Shown: piece after piece, positions 11,910-28,765 of the stretch
Layout: every line of letters begins with the position of its first letter
Position numbering within the stretch: position 1 is the stretch's first letter
Assembly (NCBI RefSeq): GCF_009914755.1
Contig: NC_060932.1
Source of the DNA: the human T2T-CHM13v2.0 reference genome, Homo sapiens
DNA length: 64,000 nucleotides
Strand: one strand, 5' to 3'
Notes under the pieces: model-generated
Told to the model about the DNA's origin: nothing
Databases searched by the model: none
What the model saw: the letters and a program-made list of their open reading frames with translations, nothing else
Made by a program: the position numbers and the translations under genes

Positions 11910-14900
11910 TCAAAATGAGGATAAAATTAACCTATACTACTATCAGACAAAACAGACTTTAAAACAAAATTTTCAGAGACAAAATGGGATATTCTATAAT
12001 GATATAAGGGTCAATCCATCAAGAAACCATAGCAATTATAAACATATATGCACCTAACAATGGACCTCAAAACACATGAAAGAAAAGCTGACAGAATGGA
12101 AAGGAAATTAAATAATTCAACAGTAATAATTGACGATTTCAAGACTTTACTTTAAATAATAGAATAGAAAATCAATAAGGAAACAGAAGACTTGAACAAT
12201 ACTATAAACCAATTAGAAGCTAACAAACACCCAACACTCCATCCAACAAAAGCCAGTCACATGGAACATTCTCCAGGAGAGGTTATATGTTAGACCATAA
12301 GCGAGTCTCAATAAATTTAAAGGGATTGAAGTTATACAAAGTATTTGACAATTGAATACAATTAAAAACAATATAAGGAAATTTGGGAAAATCACTAATA
12401 TGTAAAATAACAATATACTCTAAAAACCAAAGGTCAAAGAAGAAATCAAGGGAAATTAGAAAATACTTTGATGTAAATGAAAATGAAACACAGCATGCCA
12501 AATCTTATGGGATGCAGATAAAGCAGTACTTAGAGGAAAATCTATCACTGTAAATGTTCATACTTTACAAAGATGAAATATCCCAAAGAACCTAATCTTC
12601 TACTTAGAAAAAAAAAAGAAAAGAAAAACAAGAAAAAGAAGAATAGCAAAGCAAGCAGAAGAAAATAACAAAGATCAGAGTGGAAATTAATGAAATGGAG
12701 AATATAAGAGCACAGGAGAAAAGTCAACAAAACCAGAGTTGATTATTTGAAAAGATCCACAAAAGTGACAAACTTTTGGCTGGACTGATCAAGAAAAATG
12801 AGGTAAGATTCAAATAACTAGAATCAGGAATATAAGAGGACTACTACCAACCTTATAGAAACAAAAAGTATTAAAGAGAATATTGTGAACAATTGTTTTC
12901 CCACAAATTAGACAACCTAGATCAAATGGACAAATTTCTAGACAGACAAAAACTACTAAAACTGATTCAAGAACACATAGAAAATCTGAATAGAACTATA
13001 ACAAGGGATTGTATTAGTAATCAAAAAATTTCCACACACAAAAAAGCCCAGAACCAGATGGCTTCACTAGTGAATTGTACCTAACATGTAAAGAAGAATT
13101 AACATCAAACCTTCAGAAATTCTTCCAAAACTAGAAGAGTAAGGAACACTTATTCAATTCATTCTATGAGGCCAATATCCTGATACCCAAACCAGAAAAA
13201 AGTCAATGCAAGAAAACTTCAGACTAATGTCTCTTTTGAATATAGGCACAAAATTTTCCAATGAAATACTAGCAAACTGAATCCAGCAACATATGAAAAG
13301 TATTATATACCATTACCAAGTGGAAATTATACCAGAATACAAAGCTGGTTCAATCTATGAAGGTCAATTAAGGTAGTACCCCATATTGATAGAATCAAGG
13401 ATAAAAACCACATATTTCAATAGAGGCAGCAAATCATTTGACAAAATCCGTCATCCTTTCATGATAAAAACACTCAACACACCAGGAATAGAAGGTGACT
13501 TCTCAGCCTAATAAGGACACCGAAGTAAGCCCCACAGCTAACATTGTACTTAATGGTGAAAGACTGAAAGCTTTCCCCATAAGATCAGAAACAAGACAAG
13601 GATACTCAATCTTGCCACTTCTATTTAACATTGTACTAGAGATTCTAGCAAGGGGAATTAGGCAAGAACAAGAAATAAAAGGCATAAAGATTGGAAATAA
13701 AAAAATAAAACTATCACTATTCACAGTTGCCATGATTTTATATAGGGAAAATTCTAAGGAACCTAAAAAAACTATTACAGCTAATAAACAAGTATTATAA
13801 GGTTTCAGGATAAAAGATCAATAAACAAAAATCAATCTTTCTAACCATTAGCAAATAGCAACCCAAAAATGATATTTTTAAAATTCCATTTACAACCACA
13901 ACAAAAAGAATAACATATCTCAGAATAAACTTAAGCAAAGAAATATGAAGCTTATAAAATGGAAACTACAAAACACTGTTGAAAGAAATTAAACAAGTTC
14001 TAAATAAATGGAAAGACACCTAGTGTTTACAGATTTAAAAATCTAATGCTATTAAGATGGCAATACTTCCCAAGTTTATCTACTGATTCAATACAATCCC
14101 TATCAAAATTACAGCTGCCTTGTTTGTAGAATTTCCAGGCTGATCCTAAAATTCATATGGAACTACAGGGGACTCAGAATAGTCAACAACAAAGTAGGAA
14201 GACTTAACATTCTCTAATTTCAAAATTTACTACAAAGGTGTAGTTCCAGATAATGCAGTACTGGCATAAACATATATAGATCAATGGAATCATAGTGGGA
14301 GGCCAGAAACAATTCAATTGATTTCTGATGAGGATGCTAAATTCAGTGGGGGAAAGAATGGTGTTTTCAATAAATGGTGCTAGAACAACTGGATATCCAC
14401 ATGCAAAAGAATGAAGTTGGACCCTTACCCCATACCATACACAAAACTAACTCAAAATGGATCAAAGACCTAAATAGAAAAACTAAAACTATAAAACTCT
14501 GAGAAGAAAGCATAGACATAAATCTTTATGACCCCGAATGAGGAAATGGTTTCTTAGATATGACATCAAAAGTACAAATAACAATAACAATATAAATTGG
14601 ACTTCATCGAAATTCAAAGCATTTGTGCTCCAAAGGACACCACCAAGAAAGTGAAAAGATAACTTATAGAATGTGAGAAAATACTTGCTGCAAATCATAT
14701 CTGATAAGGGAGAGAACTTGTATACGGAATATGTAAATAATTCTTACAACAATAAAAAGACAAATAACCTGATTAAAAGTAGGCAAAGGATTTGAATAGA
14801 CATCTCTCCCAAGAAGATATATAAATAGTCAATTGCCCCATGAAAAAATACTCAACATCAGTCATTAGGGAAATATAAACCAAAACCACAAAGAAATACC

Positions 14901-15095
14901 ACTTCACAACCACTAGGATAGCTATAATTAAAAAAAAAAAAAAGACAGATAATAACAAGTGCTAAGGATATGGAGAAATTGGAACTCATACATTACTGGT
15001 GAAAATGTAAAATGGTTCAGCTGCTTTGGAGAACAGTTTGTGGTTTCTCAAAAGTTTAAACAGAATTAACTTTGACCCAGCAGTCCTGCTACTGA

Positions 15096-15124
15096 GTGTG
15101 TGTGTGTGTTTGTGTGTGTGTGTG
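15096..15124. repeat. (TG)n microsatellite, interrupted
   Basis: Direct reading. Confidence 0.9.
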
Positions 15125-16163
15125 TCCAAGAGAATCAAAAACATGTCCTCATAAAAAGTTGTACATGAATAGCCATAGCAGCATTATTCATTATAGCCAT
15201 AAATGAAAAAAAATGTCCATCAATTGACACATGGATATCCAAAATGTGATATATCCAGATGATGGAATATCACTCAGTCATAAAAAGGAATGGAGTTCTG
15301 GTACATGTTACCAACATGGATGAATGTTTAAAATACTATGGTACATAAAAGAAGTCATACATAAAAGGCCATATGTTGTATGATTCCATTTACATGAAAT
15401 GTCTAGAACAGGCAAATCTATAGAGATCAAGAGTAGATTAGTGGTTGCCCAAGGCTGAGGGGAGTGGAGGCTGGAGAGTGACTATTAATAGGCATAGGAT
15501 TTCTCTGGAGGCTGATGGAAATGTTCTGTAATTAGATAGCAGTGATATTTGCACGTCTTTTTAGATACTAAAAACTACTGAATTTTAGAGGCATGAATTT
15601 TTAGGGTTACATCTTATTTAAAATGAGAAAAAAAAAGACCTCTCTCAGATTTATATCACACTGTCTGATGATATGGAAGCCCCTGGTGAGTACAGAGCTG
15701 GCACTAGTTGAAAATCCACAATGAAAGAAGTGTATGGTGGTTCAGTTCATTTTATTTTTGAGGACATATTAAAAACCCAAGAACCAACCTCATGGGGCAA
15801 TGAGTGTTCTTCATGCCTCTGTAGGTCCAGGTGCTGGATGAGAGGATCTGTACACCTACCTCCTCCCCACCACTGAAGCAAAGAGCTCCGAGCACATCTT
15901 ACCAAGGCTGGGTTTGCTGCATTCTTTCCACGTACAAAGATGGAGAGAGCAGAATGTGCTTGACTAGAAGTCAGGAGACCTGTGTTCTATTGTTGGCTCT
16001 GCCATTAACTAACTTAAGCCTCAGTTTCCCCATTTTTAAAACAAGCGGTTGTACCAAAACTCCCCAGTGTGTTTTCTAGCATGAAGCTTCTGTGATTCTA
16101 AAAAGAAAATCCCCTTCATCTTCCTCTCACTACTCTGTCATCCCAACCCCACACCCTACCCCA

Positions 16164-16164
<1 letters not shown>

Positions 16165-16204
<40 letters not shown>
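16165..16204. repeat. (CA)~19 microsatellite
   Basis: Direct reading. Confidence 0.95.
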
Positions 16205-16205
<1 letters not shown>

Positions 16206-17244
16206 CTGTAAAGAAGAAACATTCAACCATGATAACCAGGCTATCATTTCCTGCTAAGAAGGGATAACTTTGCAGCATGACTAACAGAAAAACTAAAACA
16301 AAACAAAAAAAGAAACGTGGAGCAGCCCAAGGCATGACTTTTACTGGCTAGGATCCCCAGAGACTCTGGAATGATCCTACTGAACAGTTTCTAGGTCTGG
16401 ATGTTTGTCCGTTGTAAAGCTTGTAAGTTGAAGATTGCATCTATGTACAATCCTGATTGTCTTCAATGGAGTGTGGACCTGTACTCACAGAACACCTACT
16501 CTATTTTGACCTTGGGTCTTTTCATACAGAAATCTCAGAAGTAGCCACAAACTTTGTTTCACAAATATGTTTTATTTAGCTTGTAATTAAAAAAAAACTA
16601 TGCCAATTTTTTTACATCAGTGAATTTTATATAAATATAACATTTTATGCCTTTTCTAGGAAAATTATAAAATCTAGTAGAGTAGTACCCAAATTCTAAC
16701 TCGTGAAAATCGTCTGGAGCTAAATTAAGCCTATCCCCTTTTGACTTACTTTCAGTTTGCCACAGTCCCCACTACTCCCTCTTGTCCCAAATACTAAAGA
16801 CAAGTATGAGAAAGCGTTTGATTTCATATTTGTGCAGTTGGGTTTTTTTCTCATATCTGTTTTTTGTTGTTGTTGTTTGGCTGTTGTTTTTCTTTTTTCC
16901 ATATGGCTTCATTTATCACTCAGCTAGCCCCTAAGAGCAGTTGAGATAACTCACCACAGACAGGTATCTATGTCATATCCAAGCACTCTATTGGCACCTA
17001 TATAAGGAAGTCTCCCCAATCTGTATCTCCTGACCCATATTAACACTGTCTGAGACCTCTCCACCTGGCTGCCCCACAGATAACCTTAAAATCAATAAGC
17101 CTAAAACTCATTCACTTTTCTCTAAATCTTTTGCTGTACTCTCTCTCTCTCTCTCACTCAGTGACACCACTAACTACCCAGTCAAGCAAGCCAGAGACCT
17201 AAGAGTTGTCCTTCTTTCTGTTCCCTCATCCCCTGTGCTCATTC

Positions 17245-17542
17245 AGAAACATAAACAACAGAAGTTTATCGCTCATAGTTCTGAAGGCTGAGAAATCCAA
17301 CCAGCAGATTCAGTGTCTGGTGAGGGCCCACTCCTCACAGACTGCACCTTTCATGTGTCCTTACATGGCAGAAGAGGCAAACAGGCACCCCCAAGCGTCT
17401 TTTATAAGGGCACTAATCCTATTCATAGAGGTAGAGCCCTCATGATCTAATCACCCACCAAAGACCCTAACTCTTGATATTATTACATTGGAGATTAGGC
17501 TTCAACATATGAACTTTGTGGGGACACCAACATTCAGACCTC
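17245..17542 (-). mobile_element. MaLR LTR fragment (MSTD/MLT1A-like) within L2-like remnants
   Basis: aacaacagaagtttatcgctcatagttctgaaggctgagaaatcc...caacatatgaactttgtggggacaccaacattcagacc. Confidence 0.7.
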
Positions 17543-17992
17543 TATAGTTACTCAAACCAGGCCTCCCTCACTTCCCGTTGAACTATTGAAAACAGTTTTC
17601 TAAAATCCTTTTAACGTCTAGGCTCGCTCCCTTGCAGCTCATGCTCTGAGTGATCACACAGTAAGCTTCTACAGCACAAATCTAGTTACGGTTTTCCTTG
17701 TTGAAACCCTCCAGCAGCACCCTGCAGCCTGCTATAGGACGAAGGGCTAGTCCAGCCCGTGCTGACCTCCGCAGGCATGCAGACCTTTGACTGCATCCTG
17801 TCTCCCACTCTATACTCTGGCCCACATGCCAGCTGTCATTTTCTTGACAAGTGCACACCCCCATGCTTTTTCCCACCCTGTACTCAGCACCTGCTTCCTG
17901 ACTGTGAGCACCTGCTCGTTTTTGAGTACTCAGTTTAGGAGTCAATGAAACCTCTTCTGTTCACTCACTACCATCTTTATTTGAAATTGATC

Positions 17993-18150
17993 ATTCTTAG
18001 ATTTTAAGTGTTCTCACCACAAAAAAGAGATAAGTGAGATAATGCATATGTTAATTAGCTTCATTTAGTCATTTCTCTCTATACTTCAAAACACATTGTA
18101 CACAATATGTGCAATTTTGTCAATTAAAAATAAACATAAACAAATAAAAA
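17993..18150 (+). mobile_element. L1MA-type 3' end fragment
   Basis: tgttctcaccacaaaaaa...taatgcatatgttaattagc followed by an A-rich tail. Confidence 0.7.
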
Positions 18151-18956
18151 TCAGTCACTCTTTCTTAGTTTACCCTCTGCCCCCTCCACATCCCACCAGC
18201 CTCCCATGAGAAGCTTCAGTGCATGTGTCTGTTTCCTTGTTAGTTTTCTCTTACTAGCTGGTAAGCTCACCGGAGCAGGGATGGAGTCGGGGTCATCCCA
18301 TATCCCCAGTACCCAGCAGAGCAGCTGGTATATATAGTAGTCACTCCGTACATGGTTAATAAAAGAAAGTCTGTGAGAAAAAGTAAGTAATTCAACTCTG
18401 TGTGAGCCCCTGCCAGAGTCCCCTAGCCAGTTCCCTGAATCCTCTCTTTCCTCCTTTAGTTTGTAGCCAGAGTGACCTTTTCTCAATGGAGTCTTGATTC
18501 AGATCCATTGCTTTTGAGAAAAACTCAAGATCCTTAGGAGTCAGGGTCCTCCCTGTCTCTGTGGCCTCCTCTCCCACCTGCTCCTCCTGGCTCCATCCTC
18601 CCTACCTGCATGGCCTTCTGCTAGTCCTTGGTATGTCTCCTGCCCTCTCCTGGCAGAGGGCAGCCATCCCTGCCGGGCCTCTTCTAAGCTTTCTTCCCTC
18701 CCTTCCTCACCAAGTTAATTCCCATCAACCTCCAGCTCTCAACACATTCACTGCTTCTTCAGGCCCTGACTTCCCTGACTGGAGAGGTGGAGGCCCCTAA
18801 TAACACCCTACCTCACCGGGCTGCATAGACATGCAAGCATGCCCCTGCCAGCTCTTACTCTGGGGCCCTTTGCCTTAAGCTGGTACCAATGAAAGAAAGG
18901 GGAAGAGAGATAGCTTTCAGCCTCTCCTCTGTGGAGGGGAACTGTCCAGCACAATA

Positions 18957-19260
18957 CAGTTGTCCCTTGGCATTGGTGGGGGCTCATTCCTGGACCCACG
19001 CAGATACCAAAATCCACAGATACTGAAGGCCCTTATATAAAGTGGTGTATTATGGTCATGGAACCTACTCGCATTCTCCCATATACATTAAACCATCTCT
19101 AGATTATTTATAATACCTAATACCATGTAAATGCTATGTAAATGATTATTATACTGTATTTTTAAATTTGTATCATTTTTATTGTTTTTCCCAAATATAT
19201 TTGATTCTTTGTTGGTTGAATTTGCTGATGCATGAACCCACAGATACAGAGGGCCGTCTG
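18957..19260. mobile_element. MER2-like Tigger (TcMar) MITE
   Basis: TIRs cagttgtccct / agggccgtctg flanked by TA target duplications. Confidence 0.85.
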
Positions 19261-20075
19261 TAAATTTTTGGCAGTTAATGGAAGGCACTTGCCTTAGAAG
19301 GTAGGTAGCTCAGCAACCTCTGCCACTTCCCTGGTTCAGGGGACGGGGAGGGGTCACGGGCACCCCCAAGAAGGCTCATCAGCATCCTCCAATCACTTCA
19401 GGGCCAAGTGACTTTCTCAGGGGATGTCTGGTAAATACAGTAGTGTTTTCCCCTTCTCCACTACATTTCCAGGATTATTTCTGTGTCTTTAATAGCACTT
19501 AAGATGGGACTTAGGTCCCTTCCCTTATTCCCACCTGCAGACTGCCCCTCCATCTGATACTGTTCATGGTTATCTAACTAAATAAAACGTCCACCTCCCA
19601 GTGCACCTTGACAATGGCCCACATGGGGGCTCAGAGAAGGTGGTAAGGAAAAGGCAGTCCTCTGGCCAGAAAGCTCATTCTAGCACTGACTCCAGAGAAG
19701 CCGTATCTTCCAGTACTTGAAGCAGCAAGCTCATTGATCAGACAGCCTCGAGGGTGGATGGTCATTCCCCTCTCCAGAGACAGGTTCCCTTTCTACTCTA
19801 GGGGAGAGGCAGAGCCTGCAGCCACCAAGCTCCCTGCAGAGGGCTGGGAGCACTCGCCCCAGAGATGATTGAGGAAGTCCAAATAGAATGTCAGGTACAA
19901 TTCTTATGATACTGAGGCCACTCATCTCTCTGTTTAACTTAGCTTCTGAAATCATTCTTGATAATGAGAATGCCATGCCTTTATTTTATTTCCTGCTATA
20001 CAATAGATAAGGAAGTAAAAGTCCACCAAGAGAGCATACAAAATCAAGAGGACAGTGATCAAGGGTAGCTTTTAC

Positions 20076-20174
20076 CTGGAATATAATTTGACTCGGTTCT
20101 TGGCCTTCATAAATAGAAAATGTCATGGGTTTCAGGGGTCCACTAAACTTCCCCTCTTGGCCATATCCAGTTGC
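20076..20174 (-). CDS. CDH17: CDH17 exon 3 (99 nt; ATGYGQEGKFSGPLKPMTFSIYEGQEPSQIIFQ)
   Basis: Read by hand. Acceptor taacag|GCA and donor CAG|GTAAAAG. Joins exons 2 and 4 in frame. Confidence 0.96.
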
Positions 20175-21989
20175 CTGTTAAAAAAGAAAGAGAAAATTAG
20201 CATCTTGTATGAAGTGTCTGTGTCACTCATTGATTTTATTAGGGCTTCCAGCACCAATATACAAAACATAGGATTCTATCATGGCTGAAATCTGATCAAA
20301 ACAGGAAAGAGTGTAATAGCTGTTGAAGCTCTACCACGTCAAAGTAGCTTGTTACAAACCTTTCCATTGCTTTTCTTAAACATCTGAGCAGAATGTGAGA
20401 TGAGAAGAATCACTCTATGAGAAGAATGTTAACATCCCCATATTACAAATGAAGCTTAAAAAGGTTAACACAGCACACATGCTCAGGCCTAACTGAACTA
20501 AAGCCCATGGTCTTCCACAATCCCACACTGTCTTCTAAATTATATATGTTTTTACTCCAGCTTCATAAAACACCTCCCTCCACTCTTTTTATTTTATAAA
20601 GACATTTACAGCAGATTGCCAGCACTCTAGTGTTTTGAATTTATAAGGGGGAGAAAGAAAATATAGACGTATTTAGTACAAAGTTTGCTTGGCACAGTTA
20701 CACGGTAAGTTTTAGCCAAATTTGAATCTGAATTTGAACTATAACTTTAAGCAAAGCTTACTACTTTAACATTTGATTAGCTCTTTACATTCATTTAGAA
20801 AAAAATAAAAGTACAAAATGTTTACTTTAAGCAGTAGCCCCACAATGGTTCCAAAATCCAAAGACCCTAAACTTGAAAGCTAAGCAGGCTCTGCAGACAC
20901 CCAAGTCAAGACTGGAGTAGTAGTGAATGTGGCTGGGATGGTAAGAAGAGTGGCTCACACTTGCTAAGTTAGTACATGTGGAGCTCTGTCCTAAGCACAT
21001 TTAATCCTGACAACAACTCTGGCAGAAAGTTACTATTGTTACCCTTGTTTAACAGGTGATGACACTAAGACCCAAAGAGGTTAAATTATTTGCCCAGGTA
21101 GTGGCTGGAAGCAAGATTTGAACCTGCAACTCTGGAACCAGCCCTCTCAGCCTCTATGCACCAGCACCCACCAGAGCGGGTGAAACAGCCAAGGCAACCT
21201 GGAGGGAAAACTGGCAGGCTGCACTGAAGATGTGCATGAGAGTGTGACTCCCACCATTCCCAGTCTCAGAACATGGGGAGCATCACTGTAGCCCTCACCA
21301 CAACAGCACCTCTGAAGGCAGATGGAGTGGGCACCCACGGGAAGGGACAGCCAGTCATGCAGCCACGTTGGGGCACCCTCTAGGACCAGGGATTTAGTGC
21401 CTCATCCCCACGCTGGCCTTCTCTCCTTCCTGGGCACGACTTTGGGTCTCCCATTTGTGGAAATCAGGGGTGAAAGAGATTGAAATCAGAAGCATGATGT
21501 GGCAAGCCAATGGTTTTTGGAGCTAGACAATAAAAATAAAAGAGTAAAAAGTCTTCTCACTCCCTGAACTGGGTATGCAGGACAGATGTCCAGGTGCCAC
21601 TAGGTTGGGGGAAAACCATTTATTTTCCAGTTATTTAGGGAGAGCAAGCACACTCTTGCCATGGAAACTGCTCCCTGCTGGGAATACCCAAAAGCCATCA
21701 ATATGCCAGTGATCAGAGAAAGGTCTTATGCTAGATCCCTCAGTCTGGGGAACCTTGACTAAGTTGGATGCTGGATGTCTGGCAAAAAAGCAATAATGAA
21801 TGAGAACACAGGGGCTTTGAAGTTTGGTCTTCTGTTCTCAGATTTGTGGTAGGGCCTTAGATTTGCTGCCCCTGGGCCACTGCCAAACCCTCTCCTTTTC
21901 TTCCTCCCACCACAGAGACCGGTAAACCAAGTTCCCTTTCCCAGGCTCACTTGCAGCTAGGAAGGTGGCCAAGTGGCCCAGTTCTGGTT

Positions 21990-22330
21990 CATGAAATGAG
22001 AGGGGAAGTCCACTGGCAGTGGTCAAGCTTCCATATTCCTGATTTTTAAAAAAAAAGGTAGTTGTGGCTGCCATTGCCCTTTCCTGTGACTCTTGCTGAG
22101 ACAATGTACCTTGTGTCTGCAGTTGGGGCAGCTGTGATGAACCCTGAGAGGACAAACCAGCTCAAAAAATGGTGTAGCAAAGAAAAGTAGCCCAAGTCTC
22201 TGCAACATCATGGAATTGCTAAACCTGCCCTGGATTGCCTACTTCAGACTTCTTGTTATCTGAGGAAAATAAACCCCTATTTATTTAAAATGCTCTAAAG
22301 TCAAATAAGTCAAATTTCCTGTTACTTGCA
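21990..22330. mobile_element. Old MaLR LTR fragment (MLT1J/K-like)
   Basis: cctgccctggattgcctacttcagacttcttgtta...aaaataaaccc. Confidence 0.55.
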
Positions 22331-22339
22331 AGAAAATGC

Positions 22340-22640
<301 letters not shown>

Positions 22641-25519
22641 AAGAAAATGCATCCTTAACTCACAAAGTAATGTTGCCAGACTTCTAGCCCATCTCCTCCT
22701 TTCTAAGTTTATCTTCCTTTGGGAGCTCTTCATCCCTTTCACTCCTTTTCCACATCTTTTCCTGTTCCATCAGCTCCTCTAGAAGGCAGGGCATAAGAAC
22801 TGGGTGTGCAGGACAGATGTCCAGGTACCACCATGGTTGCTTAAGTGAGGTCAGTGCTTTCTGTGGAGCTGCTGCTTATCAGCTTTGCACTCATGTCAGC
22901 AAGCAGTCTTTCAGTTAGTCACACCAGTGAAAACTACATTAGCCACACACAAACAAGGCTGCACTATTCCAACAAGGACAAGCTGGCTCACCCATCAGAA
23001 AATGAGAATCAAGTCTTGGTTCCAGGGTTCAAAGTTGCGTGCTTGTATTGGGGCAACAAATCTCTCTTCCTGCCAATAAACATGACTATTGGGGCTATAA
23101 AGATTTCAAAGTGCATGTGGACACTGTGAATCATCAAGCCGCTTTCCCCAGAAGTGGGAAAGATGGTATGGTGGAAATCTGTGAAAGGACAAGATGGCGG
23201 CTTTATGCAGGAGTTGGAGGGAATAGCGTTTTCCATCTTGCACAAAGAGGTGAAAGGAAGAGAATGGAACTGCCATCTTAAAGTCATTTTTAGCATCTTT
23301 TATGTGGCAGTAATGGGACTTGATCACCACAAGACATCATTTCTTCTGACCAATGCTATGAAGAAAGTATCTCCAGAGAAGTCCCACAGTAGAAGCAAAG
23401 CATTCAGAGACAGAGCTACCTCCAGACCAGACCCAGCGCCATTGGACCACCAAGCCCCAACTCTTAACCACATTGTTACTGCCTTCCAGGTCAAAGGACA
23501 TGTGCAATTGCCAGGTTCACCTACTTGGTAGCTCCATCAAGAGCTCAGTGCAGTGATTATGTAGTATTTGTACCAAACTCATCTTCCTTCTGGAAGGCCC
23601 AGGCATAACTCCAAAACAGATGGCTCTGCCTTGGTTTCCTCCGATTCCCTGTTCAGTACCATTTCCCAAACCCTGGATCACTTATTTACTCTCTCTTTGG
23701 TGCCCCTGAAGTACATCAATGCCGTATTTGTGTTTCTAACCCTCTGATAAATCTATCTCTTGGAAAAGAACAGAATATCTACTCGCAGTCTGGAGTAAAT
23801 TAGTGTTTCTGTTGAATAAAGCCCTATGCAGAAGGCAAGATTCTTCAAGCAAACTTCCAGTCTTCATAGAAGAGGCCTTGGGAGGAGGTAGGAGAGAGAA
23901 GTGGCTCCCTCCCAACACCCCTGAAATCCCACTCCCTGACTTCACCCAGAGACAGCTGTGCTTGTGGCTTTCACCTGGGTAAGGCACTGCTGCCAGCAGT
24001 GGTTGGGCAGTATTTTCACTCTAGATAGAAATCCCACTGGGGTGAGAGTAGAGAGAAGGAAACCTTATTTTCACCTTTCATCCAGGAATAAAAATGCATG
24101 TTCCCTTCTCAGACAAGAAGCAAATAAGGCCTAATAATTAGATATTATTATTAAATAATTTAGCAGTGTGCTCAGTGCTGAATCTGCAAAGATGATAAAA
24201 GCACAGTCCATTTTTCATGGAGGTCAGAGTCCATGTGGACGTACACACTGAACACTTAAAATGCTGTAGTAATTATAGTAGCTAATGTTTATTGTGTGTT
24301 TAACCACCAGTCGCTGATCCAAGAGCTTTGTAAATGCAGTATCTCATTGAATTGCCACAAAATCCCATAAGACAAGTACTATTATTAGATCCACTTCACA
24401 GGGCAGAAAACTGAGGTTCAAAGCTTAGGTAACTCACCAAATTCTTATCACTGGTAGTGGAGGCACCGAGTTTGAATCCATGTCTGAATTTGTCACTACC
24501 CTGGGATAACATAGGTGACAAAGGGCATTTGAGGGGGTAGCATGAGGAGAGAGGTCAAGTGGGGATGTTTGATCCAGCCCTTCCACAATCCTGGAGACAG
24601 GCTTTGAGCCTGCAGGCTGTGAGGACTCAGGCTTCTCATAAAGTTTGAACTGCAGATTTCCCCCGGGAGGAAGGCTCTGATAGTTTTCAAGTTTCATTCA
24701 ATTTCACACTGTCACTATGTGAGCTCTAGGGTATTTTTTGGGACTTGAAATTTGATGTATTATTTATGGATCCCAGAAGAAAGGAAGTAAGATTTGAGGT
24801 ATGAGGATCTAGAAGCTTCCTTCTTTAAAAAAAAAAAAGAGAGCAAATGCTTCCTCTAAATCTTATAATCTCGTTTCATAATGCAGCAATTTTGGGGGCA
24901 ACCTTTATGAACCTCAGCAGTCACGTAGATTTTAAAAAAAGGCACCTACTGTTTACCCCAAGGTCAAGGGTGAGGACTCCCCAGTTTCTATCCAGCTCCG
25001 AGCTCTAGAAGCCTGTCAGTCAATAGGGTTAACCCAACAAATGGTTAAAGACAACCAGAAAATTCCAAACCCTTGATGAGAAGAAAAGTATAGAGCAGAG
25101 CAAGGCTGAAAATAGAGAAAATGCTTTTCTTGATGTTTTGGTGGTAAGTTTTCATGCGCAAAGTTTAAAAAAGAAAGTCAAGATTAAGGGACACAGACTA
25201 ATTCATGTATCAGTGCAATGTCATTTCAGATTCCCTGAGCTATAGATAGATTTGTTTTCAACATTACCCATAACTGGTGTTGGCTTTTAAGAGCTGGAAA
25301 GAAAATACATTCCCTAGTCGAGGGCAGACATGTGATTTGTAGCCATTTCATCGAAAATATCACAGTGGAACAAGCTATGTTTCCATTCTATACAACAACT
25401 TAATTTTGATAGGTCATCTTTTTTTAAGTAATAATAGCCATTCTTTCCCTGGTGTTGGGTAGAAAGATAGCAGAAAATATTCTAGTAAACAAATAGAGAA
25501 GAACACCCTCTTCTCTTAC

Positions 25520-25570
25520 CAAATAAAGCATAAGAAGACACAGGGAGTGAAGATGGGCCTGAAGTATCAT
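25520..25570 (-). CDS. CDH17: CDH17 exon 2 coding part (MILQAHLHSLCLLMLYL, signal peptide); whole exon is 25520-25590 with 20 nt of 5'UTR
   Basis: ATG at 25570-25568 in context aaaactATGA. Donor TTG|GTAAG; acceptor cacag at 25591-25592. Hydrophobic signal peptide matches the CDH17 N-terminus. Confidence 0.96.
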
Positions 25571-25883
25571 AGTTTTCTTTATTCAAATTCCTGTGAAGGA
25601 ACCAGATAAAAAAATGGTTAGTTACCAGTCTGTTAAAATCATGTCTTTCCAATCAGTAAGAATCAATGGATGATATCCAGTTATAAATCTAGTAAAATGG
25701 TATCCCAAAAGGCCAGCCTCTCCTCTATATGGAGCAGCCCAGTCTTCCAGAAGCTTCATGCACATCATCCATAGCAATATGCAAGCCAACATCTCAAAAC
25801 ATGCTCACAATAATTCCATTTATCTAACTGCTTTGCTTTGTTATGATCTTCTTCATTTCAGCGTCTTAAATGATGGGCAATGA

Positions 25884-26175
<292 letters not shown>

Positions 26176-26553
26176 AGCAATGAGTATTCCTTTCACTCCT
26201 ATTATACAGATGGAGAAGATGTATTTTGGCAGATTCCAGGATAACTAAACATTTTGATTCAAAGCCACAAACATATGAGATTCCGCAAGTGAAAAGAACT
26301 AAAGAATGCTCACAATTCTTCATTCAAAGATGTCACCAGCTGCCTCTTTGATCTTCTAGATATTGTCATTACCTACACAATAAACCTAAGAAAAAATTAA
26401 TTTCTTACTATTCCAAAAGAGATCAAACAAAAATCTGAACTCTGTCCTTATTGTCTCCTGTCCGATATTATTTTTCCCTTCCTCCTTAAGGCTTCCCATT
26501 TCACAGAGATTGTGACTTTCACTATGAGACATGTCATGACTAATTGATTTTAA

Positions 26554-26943
<390 letters not shown>

Positions 26944-27305
26944 AGTCAAGAAAATTTTTTCAATGTATTTATTTCACTAAAATTCCAATCACTTTATTAT
27001 CTCTAGAGATTAGGAATAATCTTGGTTTACTTCATCATCTTATTCTTTAAAGTTTTTCTACATTGAACACATATCACTAATATCACCAGCATGGAAAAAA
27101 TTTCACTAACATTTTAACCACTCTAAAAATTTAGATCCTGAAAATTTTACATGCCCTACATTTGCATAACTTATATTTGAACTTTAAAGGGTAAAAATGC
27201 TATTTCATTTTAGCCTCACCAATGTTCTGGGAGATAAAGAAACAATCCTTTATTAAGCATCACCCAGGATGTAGATTTGCAGAGAGGTCTTTAAAAACAG
27301 TAACA

Positions 27306-28265
<960 letters not shown>

Positions 28266-28433
28266 GTAACAGAGTGGTATGGCAGGTAGGCTTGGAGTCA
28301 GAAAGCTGGCCTAGCAACGCAGCACTGCTCTCTATAGCTATGTGGCTATGGATATACTACTTCATCTTTCGGTGCCTTAGTCTCCTCACATGGAAAACAC
28401 ATAGCCATTGCTCAATAATAAGTTTGTCCTCTT

Positions 28434-28765
<332 letters not shown>

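Noticed and set aside
12213-14958. RT-like and hydrophobic ORFs in intron 3
   Set aside because: Sense and antisense fragments of a decayed L1 ORF2 with many stops and frameshifts; not an active retroelement or a new RT system.
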